Of a DNA stretch of 64,000 nucleotides, positions 18,394 to 29,740 are shown one piece after another; the stretch's first letter is position 1, and the number at the start of each line of letters is the position of its first letter. Under the pieces are notes generated by a model. That model did not search any database. It saw only the letters and a list, made by a program, of their open reading frames with translations, and was not told the origin of the DNA. Origin of the DNA: Polyangiaceae bacterium (GTDB lineage Bacteria; Myxococcota_A; Polyangia; Polyangiales; Polyangiaceae); contig JANRKO010000007.1 of NCBI GenBank assembly GCA_033763455.1, positions 25,072 to 89,071 on the forward strand. The letters run 5' to 3'. A program made the position numbers and the translations under genes.

Positions 18394-19542
18394 TCACTCG
18401 GCGTTAGCCGATGATTGCGGAGCTGGCCCACGCTGCAAAATGCGATCGGCTTGGCCAGCTGAATACGCCGTGAAAAGCTTGCCCCAGTGCGTTTCTTCGC
18501 ACCACTTTTCGAACGTAAGCCGATCCTTCCGAGGCCAGCGGTAGTAGTCGTGGTAGGCCTCGCTGCCCATCACAAAGATGTTCACGAGTGGGGTGTGGAA
18601 GAAGAGCTTTTGGAACTTCTTCAACGGGCCAAACCACATCACATCACCAACGGTGCTGGCGGCGTTGTCGCCGACTTGAAAGCCCCAGCTCTCCTTCGAG
18701 ATGTCGTCGCCCACGATCTCAATATCGCGGGGATCACCCACGCCCAAACCGTCGTTGTGGGCCACGTTGATGTATTCGAGGCTCATCGGATCAAAGCCCA
18801 TCATTTTGGCCGCAATTGCGTCGATAGCTACCTGATCGGCGCTCGCAAGGATGTAATCCTTGATAACCGGGAACATGGTGCGTGGGCCTGGGCCGTTGCC
18901 GGCGGTGGTGCCGTCCATAATGGCGAAGAGGCCCGAATGGATCTCTTTTTGGATCGCCAATAGATCTACCAGCGTGCGGTGGATCCAGCTGTGCGTGTAG
19001 TGGCGCTTGGTGTTGAGCAAGCCGCCGAACGCATTCTTCATGGCTCCGGTGGTGGTGGTGTAGATGTGGCACTTCACCGTGGGGAGGTGAATGATGTTCT
19101 TGCCGAAGAAGTAATCCGGAACCTGGATGCCTTCGGGGAAAATGTTCGGCAAGACGTGCATCTTAGCTTTGGGGCGGTACTCCACCCACTTCATGTCTTC
19201 GTCTTTGAAGTTATAAAGAACGGGAATGTTGTAGCGCTTAAAGAGCGGCACGTAGTGGTTCAAGTCTTCGCCTTTGAAGGCGTTGGTAACCACCGTCTTG
19301 TTCTGCACACAGGTGATGTCGCGGTAGCCCGAGTTCTGAAGCGCTAAGATGGTGCCTTCGAGCTGCCAGGGAGTCGTGTTGGCGCCAGGGAACGGGTAGT
19401 GCCAGGAGATGTTGTCCTTGAGGATCGTCGTGGCCCCGGGCGCCAGCGCATCTTTCATTCCTGCGAGTGAGCAAAGCCGTTCGAGATCTTGAAGAACAGT
19501 TTCCGGCTTGGTTTTGATGACTGCAACTTTAGATTTGCTCAT
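18394..19542 (-). CDS. DUF362 domain protein (putative Fe-S protein)
   Basis: ILKDNISW, HLPTVKCH..TTGAMKNAFG, MDGT..GNGP, DQVAIDA..MMGFDP. Confidence 0.88.
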   Translation of the reverse strand: MSKSKVAVIKTKPETVLQDLERLCSLAGMKDALAPGATTILKDNISWHYPFPGANTTPWQLEGTILALQNSGYRDITCVQNKTVVTNAFKGEDLNHYVPLFKRYNIPVLYNFKDEDMKWVEYRPKAKMHVLPNIFPEGIQVPDYFFGKNIIHLPTVKCHIYTTTTGAMKNAFGGLLNTKRHYTHSWIHRTLVDLLAIQKEIHSGLFAIMDGTTAGNGPGPRTMFPVIKDYILASADQVAIDAIAAKMMGFDPMSLEYINVAHNDGLGVGDPRDIEIVGDDISKESWGFQVGDNAASTVGDVMWFGPLKKFQKLFFHTPLVNIFVMGSEAYHDYYRWPRKDRLTFEKWCEETHWGKLFTAYSAGQADRILQRGPAPQSSANAE

Positions 19543-19738
19543 AGCGTTCTCTTTAGGGACTCGAAGATGGCTGTCGGCTCGCACTCAGAACGGGCGCCGA
19601 AAAGTAGTGATTCTTTGCCTGACGATGACGCGGGGGCTGACGATGGTTGCGGGGTTGGCCCTCCAAGGGCCTCGGGGGGCGGCGGACCGAATACCTTAGC
19701 TCTCTGGCTTCGATCCGCGCCTTTTGTGGGAACGCCGC

Positions 19739-21097
<1,359 letters not shown>

Positions 21098-22111
21098 TCA
21101 GCTGCGTTTCGCGCCTTCGTACGGTTCGGCGCCGTTCTGTTCGAGCCGCTTTTCATCGTATTTCTCGTAAGCCACGACGATCTTCTGCACCAAAGGGTGT
21201 CGCACCACGTCTACGTCCGAGAAGTGGCAGAAGGCAATCCCTTCCACCTCTGACAATAGGTCCCGCGCCTCCCGCAACCCGCTCTTGGTTCCCCGAGGCA
21301 AGTCAGTCTGCGTGATGTCACCCGTAACGACCGCCTTGGAGCCAAAGCCTAGCCGTGTCAGGAACATGCGCATCTGCTCAGGGGTGGCATTCTGGGCTTC
21401 GTCTAAGATGACAAAAGAGTCGTTGAGGGTGCGACCGCGCATGAACGCCAACGGAGCCACTTCAATCTGTCCGCGTTCTTGGAGCTGCGCCACGCGTTCG
21501 CCATCGAGCATGTCGTGGAGCGCGTCGTACAGGGGGCGCAAGTACGGATTGATTTTCTCGATCAGATCGCCGGGCAGAAAGCCCAGCTTCTCACCTGCTT
21601 CAACGGCTGGACGCGTGAGAATGATGCGCTTAACACGTTTGTTAATGAGCTCGCTGGCAGCCATAGCCATCGCAAGATACGTTTTGCCCGTGCCCGCGGG
21701 ACCAATGCCAAATGTCAGATCGTGAGTGCGGATGCAGGTAAGGTAGTGTTTCTGCGCCGGGCTTTTCGGGGCCACGCTGCGCTTCTGGGCTCGAATAACG
21801 ACGGTTTCGTTGAGTAGATCGGAAAGGGACCGGTTCGGATCTTCGCGGAGCCCTCGCAGTGAGCGAGCTACGTCTTCAGGGCCGATCTTTTGCCCGTGGG
21901 TGACGAGCTCGGCTGCGCCTGAGAAGAAGCGATGGGCAACGCTCACGTCGGCCTGCTGCCCTGAAAGATAGATAGTGTTACCGCGCAAACTCACTTCGGC
22001 ACCGCTGTGGCGAGCGACTTCTCCGAGTAAGTGGCTTTGGGGCCCCAAAAGCATCACCAAAACGCGGGTATCGTTGACTTCCAGGTTGGCGGAGGCGCCT
22101 TCGGCGTTCAT
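21098..22111 (-). CDS. phoH: PhoH family ATPase
   Basis: GPAGTGKT, RPAVEAGEKLGFLPG, FMRGRTL, DEAQN, DVVRHPLV. Confidence 0.96.
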   Translation of the reverse strand: MNAEGASANLEVNDTRVLVMLLGPQSHLLGEVARHSGAEVSLRGNTIYLSGQQADVSVAHRFFSGAAELVTHGQKIGPEDVARSLRGLREDPNRSLSDLLNETVVIRAQKRSVAPKSPAQKHYLTCIRTHDLTFGIGPAGTGKTYLAMAMAASELINKRVKRIILTRPAVEAGEKLGFLPGDLIEKINPYLRPLYDALHDMLDGERVAQLQERGQIEVAPLAFMRGRTLNDSFVILDEAQNATPEQMRMFLTRLGFGSKAVVTGDITQTDLPRGTKSGLREARDLLSEVEGIAFCHFSDVDVVRHPLVQKIVVAYEKYDEKRLEQNGAEPYEGAKRS

Positions 22112-22277
22112 ACGTGGAAAACCAGTACCTGCCTAAGTGCCGAAGCTTCTCTCATGCAGCCTCAGCATAGTCTGGCCGACGCGCCCGCGCACCCGCGCAA
22201 ACGCCGCGTGGCCAACTCTTTGACGGACGCGCCCGCTTTTTTGGCCCGGTTCGAGCCATCGACTACCTGGGATAGGG

Positions 22278-23522
22278 ATGGCACGCCTCAGCAGATGGTT
22301 TGGGATCGGGGCGGCGCTCGGCATAGCTGTCGCGCTCTGGCCCATTGTTCGGGGAAACACCCCCGTGGAGGAGCAGCTAACCAAGCTTCGCACCACGCTT
22401 TCGGGCACTGCTTCAGATAAGCTGCCTGATTTGCGCGGGCTGGATCTACTGCGCCTGGACCTTCGCCCAAGCCGCGTGGTGGCTCCGCTCATGGGCGGTA
22501 AGAGCGCTGAACTCACCCTCGATCCAAACCTCCAACGCACGGCCACCGCTGTGATGAGACAGTATCGGGTGCCCGAGGCAGGCCTGGTGATGATGGATGT
22601 TAGGACCGGCAAACTTCTGGTTTACGCGAGTCACGTAAACGACGGAGAGAGGTTTGACGTCAACGCACGCGCCGAGCCGCCAGCGGCGAGCATCTTTAAG
22701 GTAGTAACCGCCGCGGCTCTCATAGAGAAGGCCGGACTTAATGGCAGTACGGAACAGTGCTATCATGGAGGAAGAAGCGCCATTTATGCTGACGAGCTGC
22801 GCGACGATCCGGTGCGTGACAAATGGTGTGTCTCATTGGGTGCGGCGTTAGGGCGAAGCCTCAACGTCGTGTTTGGGCGCCTTGCCCAGAAGCACCTAAC
22901 CCCCGAATCGCTGACGGCCACGGCAGGGGCATTTGGTTTCGGTGCGCAAGTTCCGTTCGCGGTTCCGAACGATCCATCGAAGTTAGAGATCCCAGTCGAA
23001 TCACTGGAGTTTGCACGGTCGGCAGCTGGGTTCTGGCACTCGAATCTCTCACCGTTAGCCGCTGTCGTGTTAGCGCAAACTGTAGCTAACGGCGGTGTCG
23101 CTTTTGCACCGCAAATCGTCGAATCTGTATTCGACGGCAAGAAGAAGCTGTGGGAAAGCGACGGTAAGCCCAAGGTGCTACGGCGCGCGATCAAGGCGGA
23201 TACAGCCACTGAACTCGGGCGTATGCTGTTAGAAACGGTCGAGGGTGGCTCGGCGTTCAGCGCTTTTCATGACCCAAAGGGCTCACCCTTCCTCCCTGGT
23301 ATCAAGGTAGCGGGCAAAACCGGCACGCTCACCCGAGACGAGGCCAACCGCTTTTACACCTGGTTCGTTGGGTATGCGCCCGCAGACAAACCTGAAGTGG
23401 CGATTGCTTCCCTGGTGGTGAACACGCCCACCTGGCGGATCAAGGGTCCACAGCTGGCCAGGGATCTCCTTAGGGCGTACTTCGCGGCCCACGGCTTTCG
23501 TGGCGTCACCCCGCCCCTTTGA
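22278..23522 (+). CDS. Penicillin-binding protein, transpeptidase domain
   Basis: N-terminal TM anchor; SxxK (ASIFK), SxN (SLN), KTGT all intact. Confidence 0.9.
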   Translation: MARLSRWFGIGAALGIAVALWPIVRGNTPVEEQLTKLRTTLSGTASDKLPDLRGLDLLRLDLRPSRVVAPLMGGKSAELTLDPNLQRTATAVMRQYRVPEAGLVMMDVRTGKLLVYASHVNDGERFDVNARAEPPAASIFKVVTAAALIEKAGLNGSTEQCYHGGRSAIYADELRDDPVRDKWCVSLGAALGRSLNVVFGRLAQKHLTPESLTATAGAFGFGAQVPFAVPNDPSKLEIPVESLEFARSAAGFWHSNLSPLAAVVLAQTVANGGVAFAPQIVESVFDGKKKLWESDGKPKVLRRAIKADTATELGRMLLETVEGGSAFSAFHDPKGSPFLPGIKVAGKTGTLTRDEANRFYTWFVGYAPADKPEVAIASLVVNTPTWRIKGPQLARDLLRAYFAAHGFRGVTPPL

Positions 23523-23676
23523 GCAGCACGGGCTGGATTTTTCGGGGGGCTTTCGCCACACCCTGTGCAGCACCCGCCCTTCATCCTGCAAAACTGGCCC
23601 AAAGCGCGTGGGGAGCAACCTTGCTCCTAGGGGATGCTTTGCGGCTGTTCAGGTGAGTGCTTGAGCGAAATATCCG

Positions 23677-24006
23677 GTGAAAGTGAGCGAAATAGTTTCC
23701 AGGCCGGGCGAATCCGTGGTGGACGCGAGCCGCGAGGCTGGTACAGTCATTACTGTGGAAGTTGTGCTGCGGAAGTTAGGGCATGGCTCGCGTTCAGTGA
23801 GCGGCCGGCTTGTGCGCGCTCCGCGCCGAGGATCGGTTGTTGTCATCGAGTTTTCGGACGGAATGCATGAGTACGTCACAACTCCGGTCAAGCGCGTGCT
23901 GCGGCTGGCTCAGAAGGGCGTCTTCTATATAGAGACAGCCAACAGCCGATATCGGCTCGAAGTTCGTGATCGCGAGCGCGAGCTCGAAGACGCGTCGAGC
24001 GGTTGA
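23677..24006 (+). CDS. Small hypothetical protein
   Basis: Protein-like sequence (YVTTPVKRVL..FYIETANSRYRLEV); fills a gap on the + strand. Confidence 0.6.
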   Translation: MKVSEIVSRPGESVVDASREAGTVITVEVVLRKLGHGSRSVSGRLVRAPRRGSVVVIEFSDGMHEYVTTPVKRVLRLAQKGVFYIETANSRYRLEVRDRERELEDASSG

Positions 24007-24197
24007 AAACGCACCGGGCGGCTGATTGAGCGTCTTATCGCGCCTATCGCGATGGGGGAGCACCCCTCGAACAAGGGGCGCAAAGCTACTGTTACTCAAC
24101 GCGGCTGGTATTCGGGCGTAAGTCGCGCTAAGTGGGTGCCCCTCCAGGCGCAGCCACTTAACCTTGCGCCCCAAGAACAAAACGGGATCTTGTCAGT

Positions 24198-24341
24198 ATG
24201 GGAAAGTTCGACAACCGCAGCACGAAGCTCGCTCGGCGCCGCAAGGCTCAGAAGAAGAAGAAAAACCGCGCGAAGCGTAAGGTTGCGGCCGCTCAAAAAG
24301 CGCGCCCGGTTCGCACCAAAGCTAAGAAGACCACGAAGTAA
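24198..24341 (+). CDS. 47-aa highly basic small protein
   Basis: Hand-translated MGKFDNRSTKLARRRKAQKKKKNRAKRKVAAAQKARPVRTKAKKTTK*; absent from the ORF track. Confidence 0.65.
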   Translation: MGKFDNRSTKLARRRKAQKKKKNRAKRKVAAAQKARPVRTKAKKTTK

Positions 24342-24463
24342 GTTTTGTTGGTTGCGCCCTTGTGGGCGCCTTGCCCCGGCCGCGCGGCTCGGCAATTAGC
24401 TCCGCTCGCTGCCTGACTTACCTAGATAGGGAGGGATTTGCGCTGCTAGCGGGTTAACGCGGC

Positions 24464-24940
24464 CTAGCGCAGCGTACGCGTGGGGAAATGGACGTCCGGG
24501 TGCGGCTCCGGCAGCACCGCCTGGCCCTCACCAAACAACCCGATAGCCCCCGCGATGCGGCGTTCGCGTACCAGCACAAAGCCCCGTCCGAGGTCACTCC
24601 AGGTCTGCTCCAGGCGGGTGCGCTGGAGCAGGCTACTGTTAGCGGGCGCCCAACTCACGTCCACGTTGATCTTGGCGTTCGAAGAGTCCTTCATCTGAAG
24701 GCCAGCAAGCTCTACGTCTAACACGCGTACGCCTTCGCCCCACTGAGCGTGGCGCCTCAAGAATTCCGCGCGAAAACTCGGCGCCGTAGTCTCAAGGGCT
24801 ACATCCATTCGCCCGAATCGCGCGGCGACGTTCAGCTGCCTGGCGGCATCTGTGGCGCGTTCAGACGCTGGGGGCGGCGTGATGCACCCGAAACTGAGCA
24901 AGGCTGCGAAGGTGACCGCAAGTGCGGCTGCTTTGGCCAT
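24464..24940 (-). CDS. Hypothetical lipoprotein
   Basis: Lipobox LSFGC; short alpha/beta domain. Confidence 0.7.
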   Translation of the reverse strand: MAKAAALAVTFAALLSFGCITPPPASERATDAARQLNVAARFGRMDVALETTAPSFRAEFLRRHAQWGEGVRVLDVELAGLQMKDSSNAKINVDVSWAPANSSLLQRTRLEQTWSDLGRGFVLVRERRIAGAIGLFGEGQAVLPEPHPDVHFPTRTLR

Positions 24941-25005
24941 GAGAGGAACCTTCGATAACAGGTTCGGCGAAGGAAGCCAACCAGGGCGGTGTTTGCCTGT
25001 TGTGG

Positions 25006-25851
25006 CTAAAAGTCGTCGTAGAAGAGGGGCTCTCGATTACGCACGTAGCGATAGACGAGCTGGCGTGCCTCAGGAGAGATTTCGGTAAACTGGGCTCCAA
25101 AGCCAGGGGGCGATTCGGTGCCTCCCATGCTGGAGAGTGGCGCCTCGCGCGCCCAGCGCACCACACCGAGGGCCTGGAACTCGTAACCTCCCGGCATGGA
25201 AAGGTGGAGCAGCAACGGCTGGCCAACGTTCGGGATTTGGTAGGTTGCCACAAAGATTCCCCCGGCATCGATAATGTCGTTGCCGGCGAGGCCTTTGTAG
25301 AAGTTCGTGGGGCTGTGCGCTCCGAGCTCCACATTAACCCTGGGTGTGCCTGGGGGAGCGTTCACAGGTGGCAGGGGTGCTGCTGAAACGGAAGCCTGTG
25401 GTTGCGCAGCGGGTGCGGCTACTTGTGGAGACCTTGCTGCGGGCTGAGCTTGTGGCGGCATCGGTGGGGGCGCGGCATAAGCCTGTGGCGGCATCGGTGG
25501 GGGCGCGGCATGAGCCTGTGGCGGCATTGGCGGCGGCGCGGCATGAGCCTGCGAGATCTGGTGGATCAAGTTGAGGGAGCTGGCCACGGCATTGACCGCT
25601 TGGGCGGCAGCCGGATGGTTGTGGTTTTGGAGGGAAGCCAACGCGCGACGTGTGGCGTCGAGTGCGACCGGCGCGAACTGGCCAGCCGAGGCTCCTTGAG
25701 ACGCTTCAATATTGTGAAGCGCGGACATCGCTTCGGCGATGGGTTGAGCGGCCTGAATGAGGCCCGGCGGGGCGCCTTGTTGTTGCAGAGCACTGAGGCC
25801 CTGCGAAAGATTCTGCCTTGCATGCTGCGCGGCGCTAACCAGGTTGTTCAT
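25006..25851 (-). CDS. PilZ / TIGR02266-like domain protein with helical N-terminus and Pro-rich linker
   Basis: RVNVELGAHSPTNFY..GGIFVATY..GVVRWAR..PPGFGAQF..REPLFYDD; start at MNNLVS. Confidence 0.8.
   Translation of the reverse strand: MNNLVSAAQHARQNLSQGLSALQQQGAPPGLIQAAQPIAEAMSALHNIEASQGASAGQFAPVALDATRRALASLQNHNHPAAAQAVNAVASSLNLIHQISQAHAAPPPMPPQAHAAPPPMPPQAYAAPPPMPPQAQPAARSPQVAAPAAQPQASVSAAPLPPVNAPPGTPRVNVELGAHSPTNFYKGLAGNDIIDAGGIFVATYQIPNVGQPLLLHLSMPGGYEFQALGVVRWAREAPLSSMGGTESPPGFGAQFTEISPEARQLVYRYVRNREPLFYDDF
25445..25551 (-). repeat. 3 x 33-bp coding tandem repeat ((H/Y)AAPPPMPPQA)
   Basis: Near-identical units at 25445, 25478, 25511. Confidence 0.9.
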
Positions 25852-25919
25852 CGAGAGTGTCCTTGTTGCACGGGCCGAAAAGATCAGTCTAACACCGAAG
25901 CGGCCACGTATGTAAAAGC

Positions 25920-26825
25920 CTAAAGCGGGCCAACGTGCGCGGCAAAGTCGGGGCCGCGGAGTACTTCGCCTACCTCGTCGCCGGCTCCTTCCCCGAGCAC
26001 GCATTCATCTACTTGGATGGCGCCGTCTGCGGTTGCGATCACCACGCTGCTCGGTTCTCCCCAAATCACGGCCTCGCCGGCGCGGAGCTCCAGTTTAGGC
26101 CGCGCGACCCGGCGTGCGCGTGTAACGAAAAAGGCGCACCCTTTGATATCGAGTGCCAGGCCGGGTACCGGCGCGAGGGCCCGAATGCGACGCAGTATCC
26201 GTTCGGTCGGCCAGCTCCAATCTACAAGGAGCGCGGTGCCAGTGGGCTCGGGCGCCCAGCTGGCCAATGCTTCCTCTTGGTCCCGGGCGTGAAGGCTGCC
26301 GGTCAGGACGCCGGCCGTCGCTTCTGCGAGGAGCCTGAGCGAGGGGCGATCGAGCGCTCGGGCGAGCTGCCACGAATTGCTCTCACCCAAAGGCACTTTG
26401 CACTGCAACAAGATCCGTCCCGTATCATACTCAGACGTTAACTCGTGAGCGGTAACTCCAGTCACGACGTCGCCCGCGTCGATGGCGGCGAAAAACGGAT
26501 TAGGACCTCGATATTTGGGCAACAGCGAAGGGTGGACGCCGATGGCGCCGAGGCGTGCTTTGGAAATCCAAGCTTGGTGGATCCGACGCGTCCAGAACCA
26601 ACTGACGATCAGGTCGATCGAGCCCGTGTCTAAGGCGCGTGCAACGCGCCCGTCAAAGTCCGGCTGATCGACTTCGATAACTTGTTTTTCTCCGAGGCGA
26701 CGCAGAAGCCTCCGACGACCGAGTTGGGCCACAGGAGATAGCGCCGCGAACCCGAGCTCGTGCCCAGCAGAAAGCAAGGTGAGCGCTCCCAACGGCAGCC
26801 CAAAAAATCCAATACGCCCATGCAC
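25920..26825 (-). CDS. Formyltransferase family protein (Fmt-like)
   Basis: HPSLLPKYRGPNP, TGVTAH..YDTG, C-terminal VDW..IRAL domain; lacks the canonical FMGTP start. Confidence 0.8.
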   Translation of the reverse strand: MHGRIGFFGLPLGALTLLSAGHELGFAALSPVAQLGRRRLLRRLGEKQVIEVDQPDFDGRVARALDTGSIDLIVSWFWTRRIHQAWISKARLGAIGVHPSLLPKYRGPNPFFAAIDAGDVVTGVTAHELTSEYDTGRILLQCKVPLGESNSWQLARALDRPSLRLLAEATAGVLTGSLHARDQEEALASWAPEPTGTALLVDWSWPTERILRRIRALAPVPGLALDIKGCAFFVTRARRVARPKLELRAGEAVIWGEPSSVVIATADGAIQVDECVLGEGAGDEVGEVLRGPDFAAHVGPL

Positions 26826-26936
26826 GCCACCGCGTTTGCCACAGGGGGGACCTGGGCGCGAAGGAGCTCACTCGATCCTCGGTGGATTCCGCCGAAAACT
26901 TGTCGTTTTGAGAGGGAGGCTGGTACTCCGATACCC

Positions 26937-27725
26937 ATGCAACCCGGCTCGGATCTGCGTGCCTTCGAACCCAAGCTCCGGCAGGGGCACCGTTTCGACG
27001 AAGTCGCCCGGGATCGCCCGATCCTGGTTTTTGAGGATGTTCACAAGGCGTACCGGGCGGACGCTCCGGTCTTGCGTGGGCTCTCCCTTTCGGTGGCTCG
27101 CGGGGAATTTGTATTTGTAACGGGCCCCTCGGGTGCTGGTAAAAGCACGTTACTGCGCTTGCTCTACGGGGCTGAGAGCGCGGATTCAGGCCGCATTCTA
27201 TTTATGGGCCGAGATATTGGGCGGCTTCTGCCAAGCTCGATCCCCTACCTGCGGCGGAACCTCGGGATCGTATTTCAGGACTTCAAGCTCGTGAAAAACT
27301 GGAGTGTGATCGACAATGTTGCTCTATCGCTTGAGGTGGTTGGGTTGCCTCCGCGCTTGATACGGGGGCGCGTGGGCGAGGCCTTGGAGCGCGTGGGGCT
27401 TGGCGGGCGCGGTGCGGATAGAGTGGAGTCGCTTTCGGGTGGGGAGCAGCAGCGTGTAGCCATTGCGCGCGCGATTGTGTCGGAGCCCGCACTTTTGCTT
27501 GCGGACGAACCGACGGGCAATCTCGATCCGCAGCTGGCGTTAGATATTCTTGGTTTGTTGGGTGATATCAACGAAACGGGCGTCACCGTGATCTTTGCTA
27601 CCCACGATCGATCGCTTTTGGACGTTCGGCCGCGGCGTGTAGTGGTGCTCGATGAAGGCCGCATGACGGATGTGCCCTACGGGCTCTCAGACTTCGAGAG
27701 CTTAGCCGGACGGCAGGTGGCCTGA
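26937..27725 (+). CDS. ftsE: Cell division ABC ATPase FtsE
   Basis: GPSGAGKST, IPYLRRNLGIVFQDFKL, LSGGEQQR, DEPTGNLD; directly upstream of ftsX. Confidence 0.92.
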   Translation: MQPGSDLRAFEPKLRQGHRFDEVARDRPILVFEDVHKAYRADAPVLRGLSLSVARGEFVFVTGPSGAGKSTLLRLLYGAESADSGRILFMGRDIGRLLPSSIPYLRRNLGIVFQDFKLVKNWSVIDNVALSLEVVGLPPRLIRGRVGEALERVGLGGRGADRVESLSGGEQQRVAIARAIVSEPALLLADEPTGNLDPQLALDILGLLGDINETGVTVIFATHDRSLLDVRPRRVVVLDEGRMTDVPYGLSDFESLAGRQVA

Positions 27726-27726
27726 C

Positions 27727-28590
27727 ATGACAGTGTTCGAACGCGCGTGGCGCGGGGCCCGTAACGATTTCCGTCTCTATCTTCTCAGCACTTTTTCAGT
27801 CGCGGTTGCATTCATTTGTCTGGGAGCCTCGCTCCTTACGGTATTCAACGTGCAGGCGTTGAAGGGGCGGTGGGAAAACACTGGCCGGCTCTCGGTCTAC
27901 CTGAAGCCCGGAACCTTGCCTGAAGAGATGGAAAGCATTCGGGCGGCGCTCCAGAAATCCTCCGGCGTGTCGGAAATTCGCTACCTTACCGCCAAAGATG
28001 CGAGGGCTGAGCTTCTGAGTACCACGCGCGATCCGCTGTTCGATTCGCTCGCGGAAGAGGCTTTTCCGGAGTCGCTCGAAGTGTCCCTCACGGACGGTGT
28101 TGCTCGCGTCGAGAAGATTGCGCTTCAGCTGCGCGCGCTTTCGGCTGTGGAATCCGTAGAGACCTACACTAGCTGGGCAGGTCGTTTGGGGCAGCTCATT
28201 GCCGGCGGGATAACGGCGACGGCTCTGCTCGCCCTCGTGATCTTCGGCGCTGTGGTTGCGGTGGTTTCGTCTACCGTGCGGCTGAGCTTAGAACGCAGGC
28301 GAATGGAGATCGACGCGTTGCGTCTGGTGGGTGCCACGGGAAGCTACGTGAGGAGGCCGTTCGTGATCGAAGGAGCCGCCTTGGGAGCTCTGGGTGCCAC
28401 GTTCGCTATTGCGATCCTGGGCGTCTTGTTTTTTGTCGTGGTGCAACGCTTCGACGTGCAGCTCGGCACACTGCTCGGCATATCTCCGATGTTCTTGCCC
28501 GTTTGGGCCATGTTCAGCATGGTTTGCGGCGGTGGGCTCTTGGGGGCAATTGCAGCTGCAGGCAGCCTCCGCAAGCTCTCGGTGATATGA
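27727..28590 (+). CDS. ftsX: Cell division permease FtsX
   Basis: TM-periplasmic-3TM layout; RRMEI..RLVGAT..VRRPFVIEG. Confidence 0.92.
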   Translation: MTVFERAWRGARNDFRLYLLSTFSVAVAFICLGASLLTVFNVQALKGRWENTGRLSVYLKPGTLPEEMESIRAALQKSSGVSEIRYLTAKDARAELLSTTRDPLFDSLAEEAFPESLEVSLTDGVARVEKIALQLRALSAVESVETYTSWAGRLGQLIAGGITATALLALVIFGAVVAVVSSTVRLSLERRRMEIDALRLVGATGSYVRRPFVIEGAALGALGATFAIAILGVLFFVVVQRFDVQLGTLLGISPMFLPVWAMFSMVCGGGLLGAIAAAGSLRKLSVI

Positions 28591-29537
28591 TGCGCCGGAG
28601 TCGCGCAAAGCTTTTGCTCCTGGTAGCCCTCGTTTCGGGTCGCGCGCTCGCGATGGATGGTTCGCCGTCGGACCCACCTCTTGGCGACGTGGTGCGAAGC
28701 ATCACGGCTCTCAGGCTGGATGAAGAACGCGCACTTGAGCGACTCAAAGAGCTCAATATCATCCAGAAAGAGGCGCATATTCGCGCAACCGAGCAGGCTA
28801 AAGTCTACGTGCGTTTGGTGCGGGTGGGTCTTTTGCCGCTCAGCGGAGGCTTCGAACAGCTCCTACACCACGCACAGACTCTGGAGCGTCTGAGGCACGC
28901 CATTGAGCGGGATTTGAAGCGCGAAGATGATAGTGTGAGCGAACGGATTAAGGTGTCTCAGCGCCTAGCCGAGATCTCCAGTCAACGTGCTAAGTACGCT
29001 GGGCAGGAGGGTGCACTTCGGGCGGCGGAAGGGTCGCTTCTGGCCGCTCGCGATAGAGAGGCTTCCTTCCAGCGAGCATTTGGTGACGGCGCGCACACCG
29101 CGACAGTTTACGGTTCACCCAATGCCGAACCGTTGGATCCTTCGGATCTGAGTCGAGGCTTCGAAGTGATGCAGGGCCGCTTGCCGTTTCCGATTGGCGG
29201 TCGAAGTGAAATTGCGCCAGCTGTGCGCGAGCAAGGCGAACGCCATGGCCTTGAGATGAGTGCGCACTTGGGCGCCTCCGTGCGAGCTGTGTACCCGGGG
29301 CGTGTCGTATTCGCGGACACCTACGCCGACTATGGGCGCACCGTTATCGTGGATCACGGCGGCTCCTACTTCAGCGTGAGTGCCAATCTGGGACGCCTGG
29401 ATGTGCGCGTGGGTGAGCAGGTGTCCACGGGCACACGCCTCGGTACCGTGGGTGCTTCGGAGCGAGGAGCGCTCTTGTACTTCGAACTGCGGCGCTCAGG
29501 TGTGGACCTGGATCCCGCACGTTGGTTCGGTATTTAG
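28587..29537 (+). CDS. envC: EnvC-like murein hydrolase activator (coiled coil plus degenerate M23)
   Basis: ATGA overlap with ftsX; GRVVFAD..YGRTVIVDHG..LYFELR; Zn ligands replaced (RHGLE, SANL). Confidence 0.8.
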   Translation: MMRRSRAKLLLLVALVSGRALAMDGSPSDPPLGDVVRSITALRLDEERALERLKELNIIQKEAHIRATEQAKVYVRLVRVGLLPLSGGFEQLLHHAQTLERLRHAIERDLKREDDSVSERIKVSQRLAEISSQRAKYAGQEGALRAAEGSLLAARDREASFQRAFGDGAHTATVYGSPNAEPLDPSDLSRGFEVMQGRLPFPIGGRSEIAPAVREQGERHGLEMSAHLGASVRAVYPGRVVFADTYADYGRTVIVDHGGSYFSVSANLGRLDVRVGEQVSTGTRLGTVGASERGALLYFELRRSGVDLDPARWFGI

Positions 29538-29740
29538 GCCGAATGGCGTCACTGGGGCGCCCTGGTTTGGGGTGTCGGTGGACACCAGCAATGGCACCCC
29601 GCGGGTAGGCGGAGTCTTGGCAAGTGCGACTAATCTTCGCGCGCCCACTACATTCACCTAGAGGCCGCCGCCCTGGCGCCGTTGTCCAATACCGAGGCGA
29701 CCGAGCGTTTGCTGCTCGGCGTTTTCGCGGCGAACCACTC

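Noticed and set aside
23610..23628. Sigma54-like GG-N10-GC within the palindrome ggagcaa-cc-ttgctcc
   Set aside because: Lacks the TGGC(A/G)C -24 consensus; too weak to call
26937..29537. ftsE-ftsX-envC as a novel system
   Set aside because: Well-known conserved module; a degenerate M23 domain is normal for EnvC
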